DNA of 64,000 nucleotides from Octopus sinensis (Eukaryota): NCBI RefSeq assembly GCF_006345805.1, contig NC_042997.1, positions 27,528,001 to 27,592,000 of the forward strand, read 5' to 3'. Shown piece by piece: positions 1 to 12,899 of this stretch (position 1 is its first letter; each line of letters starts with the position of its first letter). The notes under the pieces were generated by a model. It saw only the letters and a program-made list of their open reading frames with translations, ran no database searches and was not told where the DNA came from. The position numbers and the translations under genes were made by a program.

Positions 1-129
1 TATGTAGCGTTCCTGCATATCAAACGTCACTTGATGTTCACTGTCATCATCGTCGTCGTCGTCGTCATCATCATCATCATCATCGTAATTTTTGCTGTTG
101 TTATTCTTGTTGTTATTACAAATATTATT

Positions 130-700
130 ATTATTATTGATTGAGAGAACAGGACGTGCAATCAAAGTGACAATGGATTACAAGCATACAAAGCCAATTA
201 TCTCCCTGACTACTCGTCTGATAAAGGTAAACCAGACACATGCATGACAACCATATCTACGCGACATGGTGATCTCATATCAAAATAAACAGCGCATGAT
301 CGTGAAAGTGGGGCCTTATTTGAATTTTCATCAGGTTAAGTAGTCCGTTCCACACAAAAGGTCCCACAATAAGGGTTGTTTAAGGATTTTGAAAGAAATA
401 CCCATGTTTCCGTAGGTGAATTATCCAAACCTCTAAGAATTCATTTCAACACACGGCTATGATGCCCCCCCCCACTACTTCTGCTCGTGATCAGAGGTGC
501 AATATATCGTCATCCACCAAGGGTTGTGTTCATCTGCCTAAGGTCAAACAAGTGACAAGCAAATCTGTGGTATTAAGCAGGATATTTCTCATAGTTCAGA
601 TTTTACATCAAGACTAAACCTGTACATGACATTTACAATCAGTTAAGATCAGAAGCCATGAGAGCCAGTGCCTCATATTGCATCAGACATTTATTATTAT
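130..700 (+). mobile_element. Retroposon-like repeat ending in an (ATT)n tail
   Basis: The 3' end CAGTTAAGATCAGAAGCCATGAGAGCCA.TGCC..TA.TGCAT followed by (ATT)n recurs near 2435-2485; family not identified. Confidence 0.35.
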
Positions 701-702
701 TA

Positions 703-734
<32 letters not shown>

Positions 735-904
735 GCGCTATTACTATAATTATTATTATTATTATTATTAGCGCTATACTATAATTATTATTATTATTAT
801 TATTAGCGCTATTACTATAATTATTATTATTATTATTATTATCATCATCATCATCATCATCATTATTATTATTACTATTATTATTTTTATCATTATTATC
901 ATCA

Positions 905-941
<37 letters not shown>

Positions 942-1000
942 CATTATTATTATTATCATTATCATCATCATATCATCATCATCATCATCATCATCATCAT
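690..1000. repeat. (ATT)n/(ATC)n microsatellite
   Basis: Directly visible; source of the poly-Ile/Met ORF 774..971. Confidence 0.95.
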
Positions 1001-1560
1001 TTCTATTTACAACAGGTTTTGTTGGAGCTCCTGGAGTCTTACATGTGCAGCAAGCTTGCTACCTGCAGCCTACGCTACCATGCTATCCATTCTTTTCAGC
1101 TATCTAATACTTTCCTGATTATTGGTGGGTCAAAGAGGCTAGCAACATCTGCTATACACCTCATCCACCACCGCTTGGTCCGGTTGTAGCACCTGACCTG
1201 TTTTGGTTAGGAAATCCGACAGTATTTTGCAGGACACCTCTTCCATGATTCCATGGGGATTGTGATCATATCACTTTTTGTCTCTCTATAGACCCCACTA
1301 TTCACATAGTTTCCAATGTTCCACTCTTTCTCTCTCATCGTCTCTCTACAACTTGTAATCGTTTGAGGCAAGTCTAGAGCATTCGTTTGCGGTATATGCA
1401 AAGGTTTCCTCCACTCTGTTACAGATACAGCACAGAGGAAACACTTTCTCATTCCTAATGTTGACCTTTCTGTTTATGGTCAAAGCTTGCTCTTGTGCTA
1501 GCAGTATGATGCGCTTAATCCCTGCTCCCTTCGCTGCTCCTTTCCCTGCTCCTTTCCTCA
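1000..1560 (-). mobile_element. R4/Dong-like non-LTR retrotransposon C-terminal (CCHC/RLE) remnant
   Basis: Minus-strand translation has LLAQEQAL...CCICNRVEET...C..LA..DY...HWKLC..WG...YDHNP..KIL.DF, with stops and frameshifts. Confidence 0.7.
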
Positions 1561-1608
1561 AGGTTGCAGTAACTTCACTCTTTGCTACATAGCACTATTT
1601 CTGTAGTC

Positions 1609-2007
1609 CTTTACTCTTTACTCTTTTACTTGTTTCAGTCATTTGACTGCGGCCATGCAGGAGCACTGCCTTTAATCGAGCAACTCGACCCCGTGACTTA
1701 TTCTTTTTTGCAAGCCCAGTACTTATTCTATCGGTCTCTTTTGCCGAACCGCTAAGATACGGGGACATAAACACACCAGCATCGCTAGGGGGACAAACAC
1801 AGACACACAAACACACACATACATATATACTTATACATATATACGACGGGCTTCTTTCAGTTTCCGTCTACCAAATCCACTCACAAGGCTTTGGTCGGCC
1901 CGAGGCTATAGTAGTAGACACTTGCCCAAGGTGCCACGCAGTGAGACTGAACCCGGAACCATGTGGTTGGTAAGCAAGCTACTTGCCACACAGCCAATCC
2001 TGCGCCT
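1609..2007 (-). mobile_element. tRNA-derived SINE, family B
   Basis: Matches many other copies (head GGCGCAGGAGTGGCTGTGTGGTAAG, internal microsatellite, (AAAAGAGT)n tail); interrupts the R4/Dong remnant. Confidence 0.9.
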
Positions 2008-2029
2008 TTGTTGCATAGAACTTTTCTTT

Positions 2030-2400
2030 TTTGTACTTGTTGTTTTGTTTTCCTCCTTTTCCACGCTTTTGATATGCCTACATCTCTAACTCTCACGAAT
2101 AAGTTTTCCTTATTTTGGAGTAGGTACCTCAGTAAGCACCTGAGTTCAATACGTTGGCAGTCTTCCACATTTATCTGACACCTTTCTCCATTTGCTCTCT
2201 TCATGTATAGGCGATCAGTGTCTGCTTGTGGATGGTAAACTTCATGCATTTTTAGATTTCTCGTTTTGCTATCCAACTCTTTCAGCTCATCTGTTGTCCA
2301 CTTCCGAATTCCAGCACCGTATCCAAATACTGAGGGCCCAAATTTTGTTTCTGGCATTCAGTTTTGAATCCAAAACTTTTTCTCACTCGCCGCAGGTACC
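2030..2400 (-). mobile_element. R4/Dong-like RT distal fragment
   Basis: ORF 1881..2357: YGAGIRKWTTDELKELDSKTR..HPQADTDRLYMKRANG, typical of the R4-clade post-RT region. Confidence 0.75.
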
Positions 2401-2606
2401 AAGACAAAACGATGTACATGATACCATTTCCAATCAGTTAAGAACAGAAGCCATGAGAGCCACTGCCTGGTACTGCATTAGATCATTTATTATCATTATT
2501 ATTATTATCATTATTATTATTAATATTATTATTATTATTATTATTATTATGATAATTATTATTATTATTGTTATTGTTGTTGTTGTTGTTGTTGTTCTTG
2601 ATCTTG

Positions 2607-2640
<34 letters not shown>

Positions 2641-2665
2641 TATCATTATTATTCTTATTATTATT

Positions 2666-2878
2666 AAGGCAGTGAGCTGGCAAAATCGTTAGCATGCCGG
2701 GCGAAATACTTACGAGTATTTCGTCTGTCGCTAAGTTCTGAGTTCAAATTTCGTCGAGGTCGACTTTGTCTTTCATCCTTTCGGGGTCGATAAAATAAGT
2801 ACCAGTTGAACACTGGAGTCGATGTAATCGACTCATCTCCACCTCCCCCAAAGCTTCCCTTGTGGAAAAAATTTGAAA
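2666..2878 (+). mobile_element. tRNA-derived SINE, family C
   Basis: AAGGCAGTGAGCTGGCA..CGTTAGC head; central CTTTCATCCTTTCGGGGTCGATAAA.TAAGTACCAG shared with other copies. Confidence 0.85.
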
Positions 2879-3185
2879 TAATGATGATGATGATGATGAT
2901 GAGGAGGAGGAGGAGGAGGATAATTATCATCATTATTATTATGATTGTTATATTAATATTTTATCCTACATATTCCTTTGTCTCACTATCTTTTCCTCCT
3001 GCTTGAAACACGTATCTCGAATACTGTTTTAAGTGCTATCATTTAAGACGTAAATTGCAAAATATATATTCTTGTTTTTAAAATATATGGCTTTGATATT
3101 TATCACTTAACCAACATGTTGTCATGATTGGCTGAGAAATAGCTTCCCATAAACTGATACATATGTCAAAATAATTATTATATCG

Positions 3186-3749
3186 ATGTATCCCACACTG
3201 AAAGTAAAAAAACACCACTTGTCTAAAACATTTTCTATCTTTCAGATTCTTCAGCTCACCATCTTCCTCTTCAACTACATATGGATAGCATCTTTGGCAG
3301 CACAACCCAAAGAGTGTAAAATGCCAAAAAACTTGAAAAACCGATACCAGGCACTGACCAATGCAGTAGTTGGCAAAACCTTTTATCTCCCGTCTAGGAT
3401 AATTCCTGACAACAAAAAGAAAATGCAAATGCAGGGAAAGAAAAAAAATCACCCATCTAAAGGTGGTCCTAGCATCCTAGTAGCTTCACAATGCCCTTCG
3501 AAACATATCAATATCTATGACGAGTCGGTTTTCCCTCAAAATCGTACTGAAGTCAGGTGTAACACTAAAAGCTGTTCAGGCACCGGTTACCAATGTCTGA
3601 CTTTATTTTCTAAAATCACTGTCCTCAAACGGACACATGAATGTACCCGTGGGAGGTATGTGTATAAGCCAAAAGTAATTCATGTAGCCACATCCTGTGG
3701 GTGTGGATTGAAATCCAATAAACCAAAAAGAAAAAAAATGTCATCATAA
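3186..3749 (+). CDS. IL17: IL-17-like cytokine, locus A (divergent; possible 42-nt intron at 3204-3245)
   Basis: Signal-like ILQLTIFLFNYIWIASLAA; cystine-knot pattern QCP...FP..RTEVRC..SC...QC....ITVLKR...C..YVYKP..I.VATSCGC homologous to loci B/C/D. Confidence 0.85.
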   Translation: MYPTLKVKKHHLSKTFSIFQILQLTIFLFNYIWIASLAAQPKECKMPKNLKNRYQALTNAVVGKTFYLPSRIIPDNKKKMQMQGKKKNHPSKGGPSILVASQCPSKHINIYDESVFPQNRTEVRCNTKSCSGTGYQCLTLFSKITVLKRTHECTRGRYVYKPKVIHVATSCGCGLKSNKPKRKKMSS

Positions 3750-3807
3750 CGTTCTGCTATCGTACTGTCAACGGCGTGTAAAGCTAACGATATTAAAAAT
3801 ATTACGA

Positions 3808-3830
3808 AAGCTTAAGTAGACCACAATGTG
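3808..3830 (+). promoter_or_regulatory. Conserved IL-17 3'UTR motif, locus A variant
   Basis: AAGCTTAAGTAGACCACAATGTG aligns to AAGTTTAAGTAAACCACTGTGTG of B/C/D at a similar distance from the stop. Confidence 0.5.
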
Positions 3831-4687
3831 ATTATCATAATTTACTCAGATGCACACACATAATTACACGTACACAAAGAAACTTACATCACATATCCCC
3901 ACATTCACATGTAAATATATATATATATATATATACATGTGTGTGTATGTGTGTGTGTGTGTGTGTGTATACATGCAAATATATACAAAAATCCCATATA
4001 TATATATATATATATATAATATATATATATATATTATATATATATATAGACACTACCATATTTCAAATTATTACATAAACATATATTTAAATAATGCAAT
4101 AGTTAATAAATTTTCATACCATACCTTCTATTAACTGTTGTTCTTTTTAACATATTTACAGAATTGTTACCTCAATCACGACCACATTATTTGGAAAGAC
4201 TATACCTATGACAGAGGCAAATAACTTAAAACCTTGTTCCAACACAATATTGCTCCATGAACGTAGTGAAATATACGCAGAATTATTTATTTTTTTAAAC
4301 ATTTATTTTCTTAAACACAGCACATTTCCGGGTCTATATGTAAATAATATTTAACTGGAGGACTCGGGAAAGTTGCTGTTACTTGAAGTGAGGAGGTTCA
4401 CTTGCACAAATAATGCTTCTAAAATCATACACAACCATTACTTAAAATTTGTCTACTGTACATTTGACACTATCCTGTCAGAATATAGTTGGTGTCAATA
4501 TTGAAATTTTGACAATCTTTTTTTTTTATCTTTCAACCATTCGAATCATTATATTTCATTCAATGTACGTAAATTCCAAGATTATACACGTGGCATTCTT
4601 TATCCATATATTAAGAGCCATTACGGATATATGCATTCATACATACACACATATGCTTACAATAACATTCACATAAAACATACATAC

Positions 4688-4738
<51 letters not shown>

Positions 4739-4789
4739 AGATGTAATTATATGTATATATATATATATTATATATATATATATATATAT

Positions 4790-5200
<411 letters not shown>

Positions 5201-5436
5201 TAACATCTCTTTGTGACGAACAGGAAGAATGAGTTCTGCATACTACATAAGGGAAAAAATGAACTTTTGTTAAAATTCAATAATTTGATACGATGTATTT
5301 CGTGCGTATATATTCTCAAGAAACCAATCATACGGACAACCGGATTCTATTGTATTCATTGTCAACCCATTCTCCAAAGAAGTAATCCAACGTTAAGAAC
5401 TACATTTACGCATAGCTCTGTCGTAACATGCTACGA

Positions 5437-5687
5437 ATGAATATACTGATGAATGTTTTTATTCTTGCTATTCTATTGATCCCAGTTTGTTGGGTCTTAG
5501 GTACGCATCGACAAATTCGTTGTTTGTTGAATTCTATAAATAAGAATTTTCATTATTCTTTACTCTTAAAATTCTAGGGGATATATCTGACTGAAAAGGC
5601 AGAATCGTGTCAAAACACTGGTGTTTCAAGGCCGGTTACGCTAGTGAAGCGTGTATTTTGTCAAAGAAGACTGATGGAAGTGAGTAA
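5437..5687 (+). pseudogene. Putative small secreted peptide gene or pseudogene (2 exons, in-frame TGA)
   Basis: MNILMNVFILAILLIPVCWVL-G, GT donor at 5501, AG acceptor at 5577 (77-nt intron), then GDISD*KGRIVSKHWCFKAGYASEACILSKKTDGSE*. Confidence 0.4.
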
Positions 5688-6019
5688 TTTTTATTGCAAG
5701 AATACTCATCCTGTAGAGAAAAGCATACTTCTGGAAGTGTTAATAATGAAAATACACATCATTCTGTATATCCATTCATATATACATATGTGTGTCCTTG
5801 TGAATACATGTGGATACATGTATGTGTGCGCGTATTTGTGTGTGTATGTATGTATATTTGTATGTATGTATGTATGTATGTATGTCTCTGTATTTATATT
5901 CTTCCTCTAAAGAAGGGGCTGATTTCTAACGAAGATACAATATTCCATCTTTGGGAGGTAGATAACGGAATCAATGTCCGCCGACAGATCATAATGTGCG
6001 AATCAGGTGGCTGATTTGT

Positions 6020-6500
6020 AATGTGCGATTTCTTTTTTCTGAAAACCCATGCTTGTCCACCTGCCAGTAAGGCATTTACTTACAAACCAAACGCTCCAGT
6101 TATTAGTGGTATAAATGTAAATTTGTTCGAAGCAGTTGTCCATAATAATCTTTTTCGTTCATCTTTAAAGAGATAGCCACGTCAGCAAGACAGCTGACCT
6201 CTGTGACGGTACATATTTCTCCCTAACAGCAATATCCGCCATGTTACGCTCACACTTGATGATGGGAATTTTCCACCAGTATTCCTTGTGCTGCTATTTC
6301 TGTACGTATTCAATAACAGGGGCGATTCTCTATATTTATTCTAGGAGAGTGATTTATTTCTGAATGGCATTGTATATTGTTTTTTGTGACAATGTCATGT
6401 CGCATGGGGACGTAGCACCTTGATGACAATTTTAGGCAACTCCTACTCTCACGTGTGATGTCTTTCACAGTAAAATGACATAGTTTACAATTACGGTTGC
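6020..6500 (-). mobile_element. Highly degraded LTR-retrotransposon integrase-like remnant
   Basis: Minus-strand translation with HQG..., WWKI..DI..., IIMDNC.EQ loosely resembles gypsy integrase motifs; many stops. Confidence 0.35.
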
Positions 6501-6939
6501 ATCTTGGAACTCCAAATGTTTCACTTTCTCTTTTGTTGATTGGATATTCAGTAGCAATCTGCTGCTCTTAGATTGCAAATAAATAAACCTTCGAAGTGTG
6601 ATGTAGCGGTCACGAGTTCACGAGAGGCTTCGCTTCATATCAGTGTTACGATCTTCTTAAAGTCTACGGAAACATACCCATGCATGATTCTTTTCTTTTC
6701 TTTTCTTTTTTTTTGTATGCTGAGCGTTTCACTTCCAGGTCTGAAGGTAAGTTCGTCCGGTTGATTTGGGGTTATATGGGACGTCATCAGCAAACAAAAA
6801 AAAAAAACTTCCTGAGGAACTCACTATCAGTACGTAGGATCTTGTTTTCTTCCCTTTTCAGCACTAAGTTAATGTATTTATTTTTTCTTTTGTTGTTTAG
6901 CAATTGATATCTGAGAGAGACTATGCGACATTCGAAAGC

Positions 6940-7615
6940 TGTCTACACTAATCTCAAGTCCCTACCTCCTTTATTTCTTCTTAGGTAGATCCTGTCGATA
7001 TCGTTATTTTCGTGGACATTACCAGTTGGCGTTAGAATCATGCAGGTTTTAATGTCTATGGAGTGAACTTTTTTTACTGAACAGTCAAGTATCCCAAATG
7101 TTGCAATCAGCACTGGTACTGTAAATTCATTGCTGGATATTGTCTTGTAAGAGAAGAGTTCTGACTGCCATATTTTCATCAATGCCAAGTTACTTGTAGC
7201 ATTTTTTGTGTGAGGCAGGACAGATAGTGAGACCATTAATGCACAGGCTTTGAGTCTCGAAGACTGATTTTCTTCGTTCAACAATTAAAGAACATTTCTT
7301 CCGGCCAAATTCCATTCCTATGTCAGCTGAAAATGCTATAAATTCCAGTTGTTTTTGGCATTTTTTTATCAGTTTCAGCTCAAAGCTGCGGCCATGCTGA
7401 GACACCGTCATTTTGATACACTGTTAATATTGAGAGCCACCTATGATATGTGGCATTTTGTGAATAAGAGATGTTGATGTCGCTATCCTCATTTGCACCT
7501 CCTACTGCGAGGTAGGTTCATCTGGGACTCTCGACATTTTTAGTACAAATCTTAAGGTAAACCACAAAACAATTTTGGATTACATTAATATCTCTTGCAG
7601 TTTCAGACCCTAACA
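6940..7615 (-). mobile_element. R4/Dong-like LINE fragments
   Basis: IGMEFGRKKCS, DIDRIYLRRNKGGRDL and a separate C-terminal piece KIVLWFTLRFVLK. Confidence 0.65.
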
Positions 7616-7639
7616 TGTAGCTATTTGTTTTGTATGTAT

Positions 7640-8350
7640 ACATGCATGCGTCCGTGTGTATATGTATGTATATCTCTTCTATATTTTAATTATTAAGAAT
7701 CTTCCACTGAGGAAGGAGCCGGTTTCTAACAAAGCTACAAGGCTCCGTCTTTGGGATGTAGTTAACATAGACAAATTCACATTCGAACTCGAGAAAAGTT
7801 TTGCATTTTTTATTGTTCCACTCACAGATTGCACTTGTAACGTACGAATCAGCCGGTCAATTTCTCTTTCAGAACATCCCTCATACATAAATACATACAT
7901 GAATGCATACTTATTAATAATTTATCATTTTCATTAGGAACCAAAACAAGGTATGTTTTCGATGACGTGCTGTCAAGAAACCATGAAATAGTCCGTCAGG
8001 ATATTTGCCTTTCCGCATATCAAATGTCTGGAAAGAATTTTTACATTCCTTTATTTCTCTCAAAACTATGGTTTCTAACACAAATGCATACGCATATGCA
8101 TGCACACATGTATGAATGTATGAATACGTGTATATATCTCTTCTATTTTTTTTTTTAATTATTAAAAATCTTACACTGAAGAGGGAGCCAGTTTCCAACA
8201 AACATACAAGAATCCATCTTTGAAATGTAGTTAACACATACCTATTCACATTTGGAACTTGAGAAAAGTCTTGCATATTATTAATGCTCCACACACAGGT
8301 TGCATTTATATTGTACGAATTAACCGGCCGATTTCTCTTTCAGAAAATCC
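7640..8350. repeat. Two diverged direct copies of a ~250-300 bp repeat (probable non-LTR 3' end)
   Basis: 7670-7880 aligns with 8135-8350 (AAGGAGCCGGTTTCTAACAAA...TTTCTCTTTCAGAA); a related piece lies near 5900-5970. Confidence 0.6.
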
Positions 8351-8474
8351 CAGTTTATCCAGATTCTGCTTTAAGCATTTACTAACAAAACATAGTGCTT
8401 CAATTAATATTGGTATGAATATGAATTCATAGTCTGGATATAGAAGCTGGAGGTTTCGAAGCAGTTGTCCAGAC

Positions 8475-8505
<31 letters not shown>

Positions 8506-8595
8506 TGTATGTATGTATGTATGTATGTATGTATGTATGTATGTATGTGTGTACGTATATATGTATGTATGTTTGTATGTATGCATGTATGTATG

Positions 8596-8627
<32 letters not shown>

Positions 8628-9236
8628 ACCTATATATTTCATATATAAACAGGGCTGGTTTAGCTATTAGTCGGAGGATTGAAAAATGATGTACAACGTT
8701 AATCGATTTTCGAATTTTATTGGATTTCCATCAAAGGCGTCTACATCAAATTGACCAATCATCCTGATTGAAAATATTTATTTTGCTATAAATCATATTG
8801 CAATTAGCATAAAACCTGTGGTAATTCATACTTTATAAATGTCCTTTTTTCTTTTGTTATAAATTTACAGAGTTTAATTGCTTGGATTTATCATATTCAA
8901 GATTTCGACAAACAATGTTTTCGATTTTATCCCTTAATCATGGTAATTTTTTAAGACATAAGCATCGAATTTTATTCTATTACGATGCTATCTTTGATTT
9001 CATTTCACAGCTAAGTTTGTTGGGTTCGGAATCATATTAACGTGAAAGATATACTATAGTGTTATGAAATTCAGTTTTGCTTTTGAAATGCTCGAATATA
9101 TGTAACACGTAGAAAAACATTATACACGCTGTGGATCGGAAAATCATGTTGCATACAATCTTACGTGCAAAATGATTCATAAGACATTTCAATCTATACC
9201 ACAGACGTCCATTAGGAATTACAAAATTATCGAAAA

Positions 9237-9640
9237 TAGGCGCAGACGTGACTGTGTGATAAGAAGCTTGCTTCCCACCTACATGGTCCCGGGTTCAGTC
9301 CCACTGCGTAGCATCTTGGATAAGTGTCTTCTACTATAGTCTCGGGCCGACCAAATCCTCGTGAGTGGATTTGGTAGACAGAAACTGAAAAGAAGCCCGT
9401 CGTGTGTGTCTGTGTGTGTTTGCATGTGTGTGTGTGTATATTTGTGTGACTGTGTCTGTCCACCACCATAACTTAACAACCGATGCTGGTGTGCTTATGT
9501 CCCCGTAACTTAGCGGTTCGGCAAAAGATACCGATAGAATAAGTATTAGGCTTTCAAAGAATAAGTCTTGGAGTCGATTTGTTCAACTAGAGGAGGAACT
9601 CCAGCATGGCAGCAGTCAAATGACTGAAAGAAGTAAAAAA
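9237..9640 (+). mobile_element. SINE family B
   Basis: Full head, internal (TG)n and tail match the family. Confidence 0.85.
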
Positions 9641-10543
9641 AATAACAATATGTATTATGAATGTAGTTATTCATCTGTCTCTTTTATTTTTGACGCTAAT
9701 CTATTTCCAAAGGTGAGGATCCTTCGGATATATGCGTAAGGACAATGTAAAAAATGCTATGTTAAGTGCTATTTTGTTTATTTTATTGTTTAGGAATATT
9801 GCATCCAACTAGCAATATCTAAATGATAAAAAGATTATCTTTACATGAAAATCTAAAACCTGAGTAAAAAATCATGAAAGGTTTTTTTAAATTTCATCGA
9901 AGGAAAGAAGTCATTCTCTGCATTGCGAGCAATCACGAAAGTGAGATCCTCAAACGGTCATGCCTCCGTTACATAAAGAAGTCAAGAACTTTATAACGAT
10001 CTTCCCAGCTCCTTGAAACTTCGCAAATGTGACGGTTTGAAAATTGTATCTTATCCGTAAATTTTCTTCTTTTTTTTTATGACACTTCGGCGCCTTCCTC
10101 TGTTCAATCGGCGTGTCGTCGTAGCTCAGCTCCCACCGATCATTCACTCACTGTTGAATTGTAACCAACTCTTTAAATCATATAATCTCTACAGTGTATT
10201 GTAAACTCTGGGTTATAGATTTCTAAGATCCCTGGGAACATTTTTTTAAACATACGTTTGTTTCTTTACGAATTTATGCATATATCTGTCAGTTCTCACT
10301 CCTCTTTTCTTTATTGCTCGTCTGTTGTTTTTTCCTTTTTGTTCTTTCACTTTCTTTCTGACAGCCTTATATCGAGTACTGTCTTGTTTATTTTTTAAGT
10401 CTTGTCATTTAACTAACATAATGATTTATGACTATATATCTCCCATTCACAATTTTGCAATTAATGCTTGTGACATATTTTTCACATAAATTGCTATTCG
10501 TGTCTAAAGTACGTCGTTAATTTAACGTTTGCTAAGCTATTAA

Positions 10544-11200
10544 ATGCATTTTACCATAAGTATTTCGGTTAAATATATTGATAAAAAGATAAAATGTATT
10601 TTCTACCTGGTTATTTCCAACATTGTAAATTTCTGCTTCGAATATGTCTTAATTGCTTTTCTTTGTGGCAGCTACTTCCCATTGTAAAATATCAGCCCAC
10701 ATGAACATCCGCTACAAGAGCTTGTCCAGAACAGAAACACTGGATTAAGGTAATTTCTTCTGTCTAAAATAGCTTCAGTCGACAGTGACCAACCATCACA
10801 CTGACCGATGGAAATAAACCTTGCCCAACGTCTACCGTTTCTTTCTGCTGCTATTATCCATGAACTTTCAACCTGTACTAATAAGCTGACTACTACCCAC
10901 GAGTCAACAGTTTTCCCTCCATCATATAATGAAGAAGTGTGTCGCTGTGAAGACTATCTGGATCCTGACAACAATCACCAAAATACGTTGAGGGATTCTA
11001 TGTACATAACCCAAGGGTGATTGATGTAGCTGTAGCTTCTCACTTCTCTCTCTCTCTTTCTCCTTCTCATTTTGTGTACGAGAGTGTGTGCATATGTGCA
11101 TGTGTTTGTGTGCACACGAATGTGTGCGTGAGTGTGTGCTGAGGAAGTCAATATCATAAAAGGAGAAAATGACAGCGAGTATGAGTCGTATGAGTCGTAA
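10544..11200 (+). pseudogene. IL17: IL-17-like pseudogene, locus E
   Basis: Pieces HCKISAHMNIRYKSLS, LTDGNKPCPTSTVS, IIHELSTC...FPPS...VCRCEDYLDPDNNHQ, YVEGFYVHNPRVIDVAVA and VCAEEVNIIKGENDSEYES* are collinear with locus B; stops, frameshifts, a deletion and a microsatellite insertion. Confidence 0.9.
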
Positions 11201-11638
11201 TATGAGTCCTCAGCAAATATAAAATTATGAACTCCATATAAAGCAATACATTTTTATAAACGTTTTAAGTCTAAGCAGAGCACAGTGTAGTTCTAATTTA
11301 CGGACACAAAGACAAGCGCAAGTCTATAGGTACATATACTCTAAGCTTCTTTCATAAACATATATTTTGTAATAATTCTATATTTTATAAATTACAGAAC
11401 TAGGTCTAACGTTATCAACAGTTATTTTCTTTAACCTAATAAATACTATCGTCACTTAAACCTGAATCACCTTATCTAATAAAACCTTTGATATCTGAAC
11501 ACAAAATACTGAAAGTTGGAAACAAAATCATTATCATCTTATCTTGACTTCTCAAAAGAAGATGAAAGGAACGGAGATACCCTTGTCTGCTTCAGTCTTG
11601 CCAGTGGCTGACTAGGTCAATATAAGATAGCTCACAAC

Positions 11639-11880
11639 AAGGCGGCGAGCTGGCAGAAACATTAGCACGCCGGACGAAATGCTTAGCCGTATTTCGTCTG
11701 CCGTTATGTTATGAGTCCAAATTCCGTCGAGGTCAACTTTGCCATTCATCCTCAAAGTACCATCGATAAATTGGGTACCAGTTACGCACTGGGGTAGATG
11801 TAATCGACTTAATCCTTTTGTCTGTCCTTGTTTGTCCCCTCTATGTTTAGCCCCTTGTGGGCAATAAAGAAATAATAAGA
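11639..11880 (+). mobile_element. SINE family C
   Basis: Family head and central domain; flanked by the direct repeat ATAAGATAGCTCACAA. Confidence 0.85.
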
Positions 11881-12142
11881 TAGCTCACAAGGAGAATAGC
11901 AGATTAAAATTTCTCCGTATTGCTGCACGCCACAGAGGCAGCAAGGTAAATTCTATTCAGTGCTCATTACTATATGTGTCACGTTTTTCAACTTTTAATC
12001 ACTTTGAGGACAGCCTTGTATGCATTCCAGGAGGATAAGACAGATAGAATGCCAAACCCCTATGCAGACATTATTACACATAGAGACATACCAATATTCG
12101 ATTAAACGGCGTGCACTTACAGGTGAATAAAAAACGGCAATT

Positions 12143-12550
12143 AAGGCGGCGAGCAGGTAGAAACGTTAGCACGCCGGGCGAAATGCGTAGCCGTATTTCG
12201 TCTGCCGCTACGTTCTGAGTTCAAATTCGACTTTGCCTTTCATCTTTTCGGGGTCGATAAATTAAGCACCAGTCACGCACTGGGGTCGATATAATCGACT
12301 TAATCCGTTTGTCTGTCCTTGTTTGTCCCCTCTGTATTTAACCCCTTGTGGTTAGTAAAGAAATACGTATTTCGTCTGCCGCTACGTTCTGAGTTCAAAT
12401 TCCGCCGGGGTCGACTTTGCCTTTCATCTTTTCGGGGTTGATAAATCAAGCACCAGTTACGCACTAGGGTCGATATAATCGACTTAATCCGTTTGTCTGT
12501 CCTTGTTTGTTCTCTCTGTGTTTAGCCCCTTGTGGGTAGTAAACAAATAG
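12143..12550 (+). mobile_element. SINE family C, internally duplicated (dimer)
   Basis: The body GTATTTCGTCTGCCGCTACG...GTAAA.AAATA occurs twice. Confidence 0.85.
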
Positions 12551-12899
12551 AATAAAAAAAGGCAATATTTAACTGAGTAACTCAGTAGAATAGACTTCAA
12601 CTACTGCTGAAAAAAGAATGTATCACTTACATGAATAAAACATTTGGAAATCAAGCAGACAAGTTATCAACTATAGATTCAAAATTATGCAGTTTATGTC
12701 AACAACAGATGGTATGAATATTAAAATTTATCAACTTGTTTCTTGGAAGCTTCACAATCGGCATCGTAGAGTGTCATTCCATTACTCACTGCATATGACA
12801 ATTCGCAGTCATACACATATCATTTTTTTTAATTCACGTGGTTTTTGCTTCAGTCCTCTCTCTCTCTCTCTCCCTCCCTCCCTCTCTGTCTATTATTTC

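Noticed and set aside
4080-4350. AU-rich elements (ATTTA) in IL-17 3'UTRs
   Set aside because: Scattered single pentamers are expected at this AT content; no clustered nonamers shared among paralogs
5592-5594. Selenocysteine read-through of the TGA in the small peptide
   Set aside because: No SECIS-like structure identified; a nonsense mutation is simpler
6264-6274. NF-kB-like site GGGAATTTTCC
   Set aside because: Isolated, inside a degraded retroelement and not tied to a promoter
9930-9990. EILKRSC resembling the IL-17 TVLKR..C motif
   Set aside because: No flanking cysteine pattern or collinear similarity
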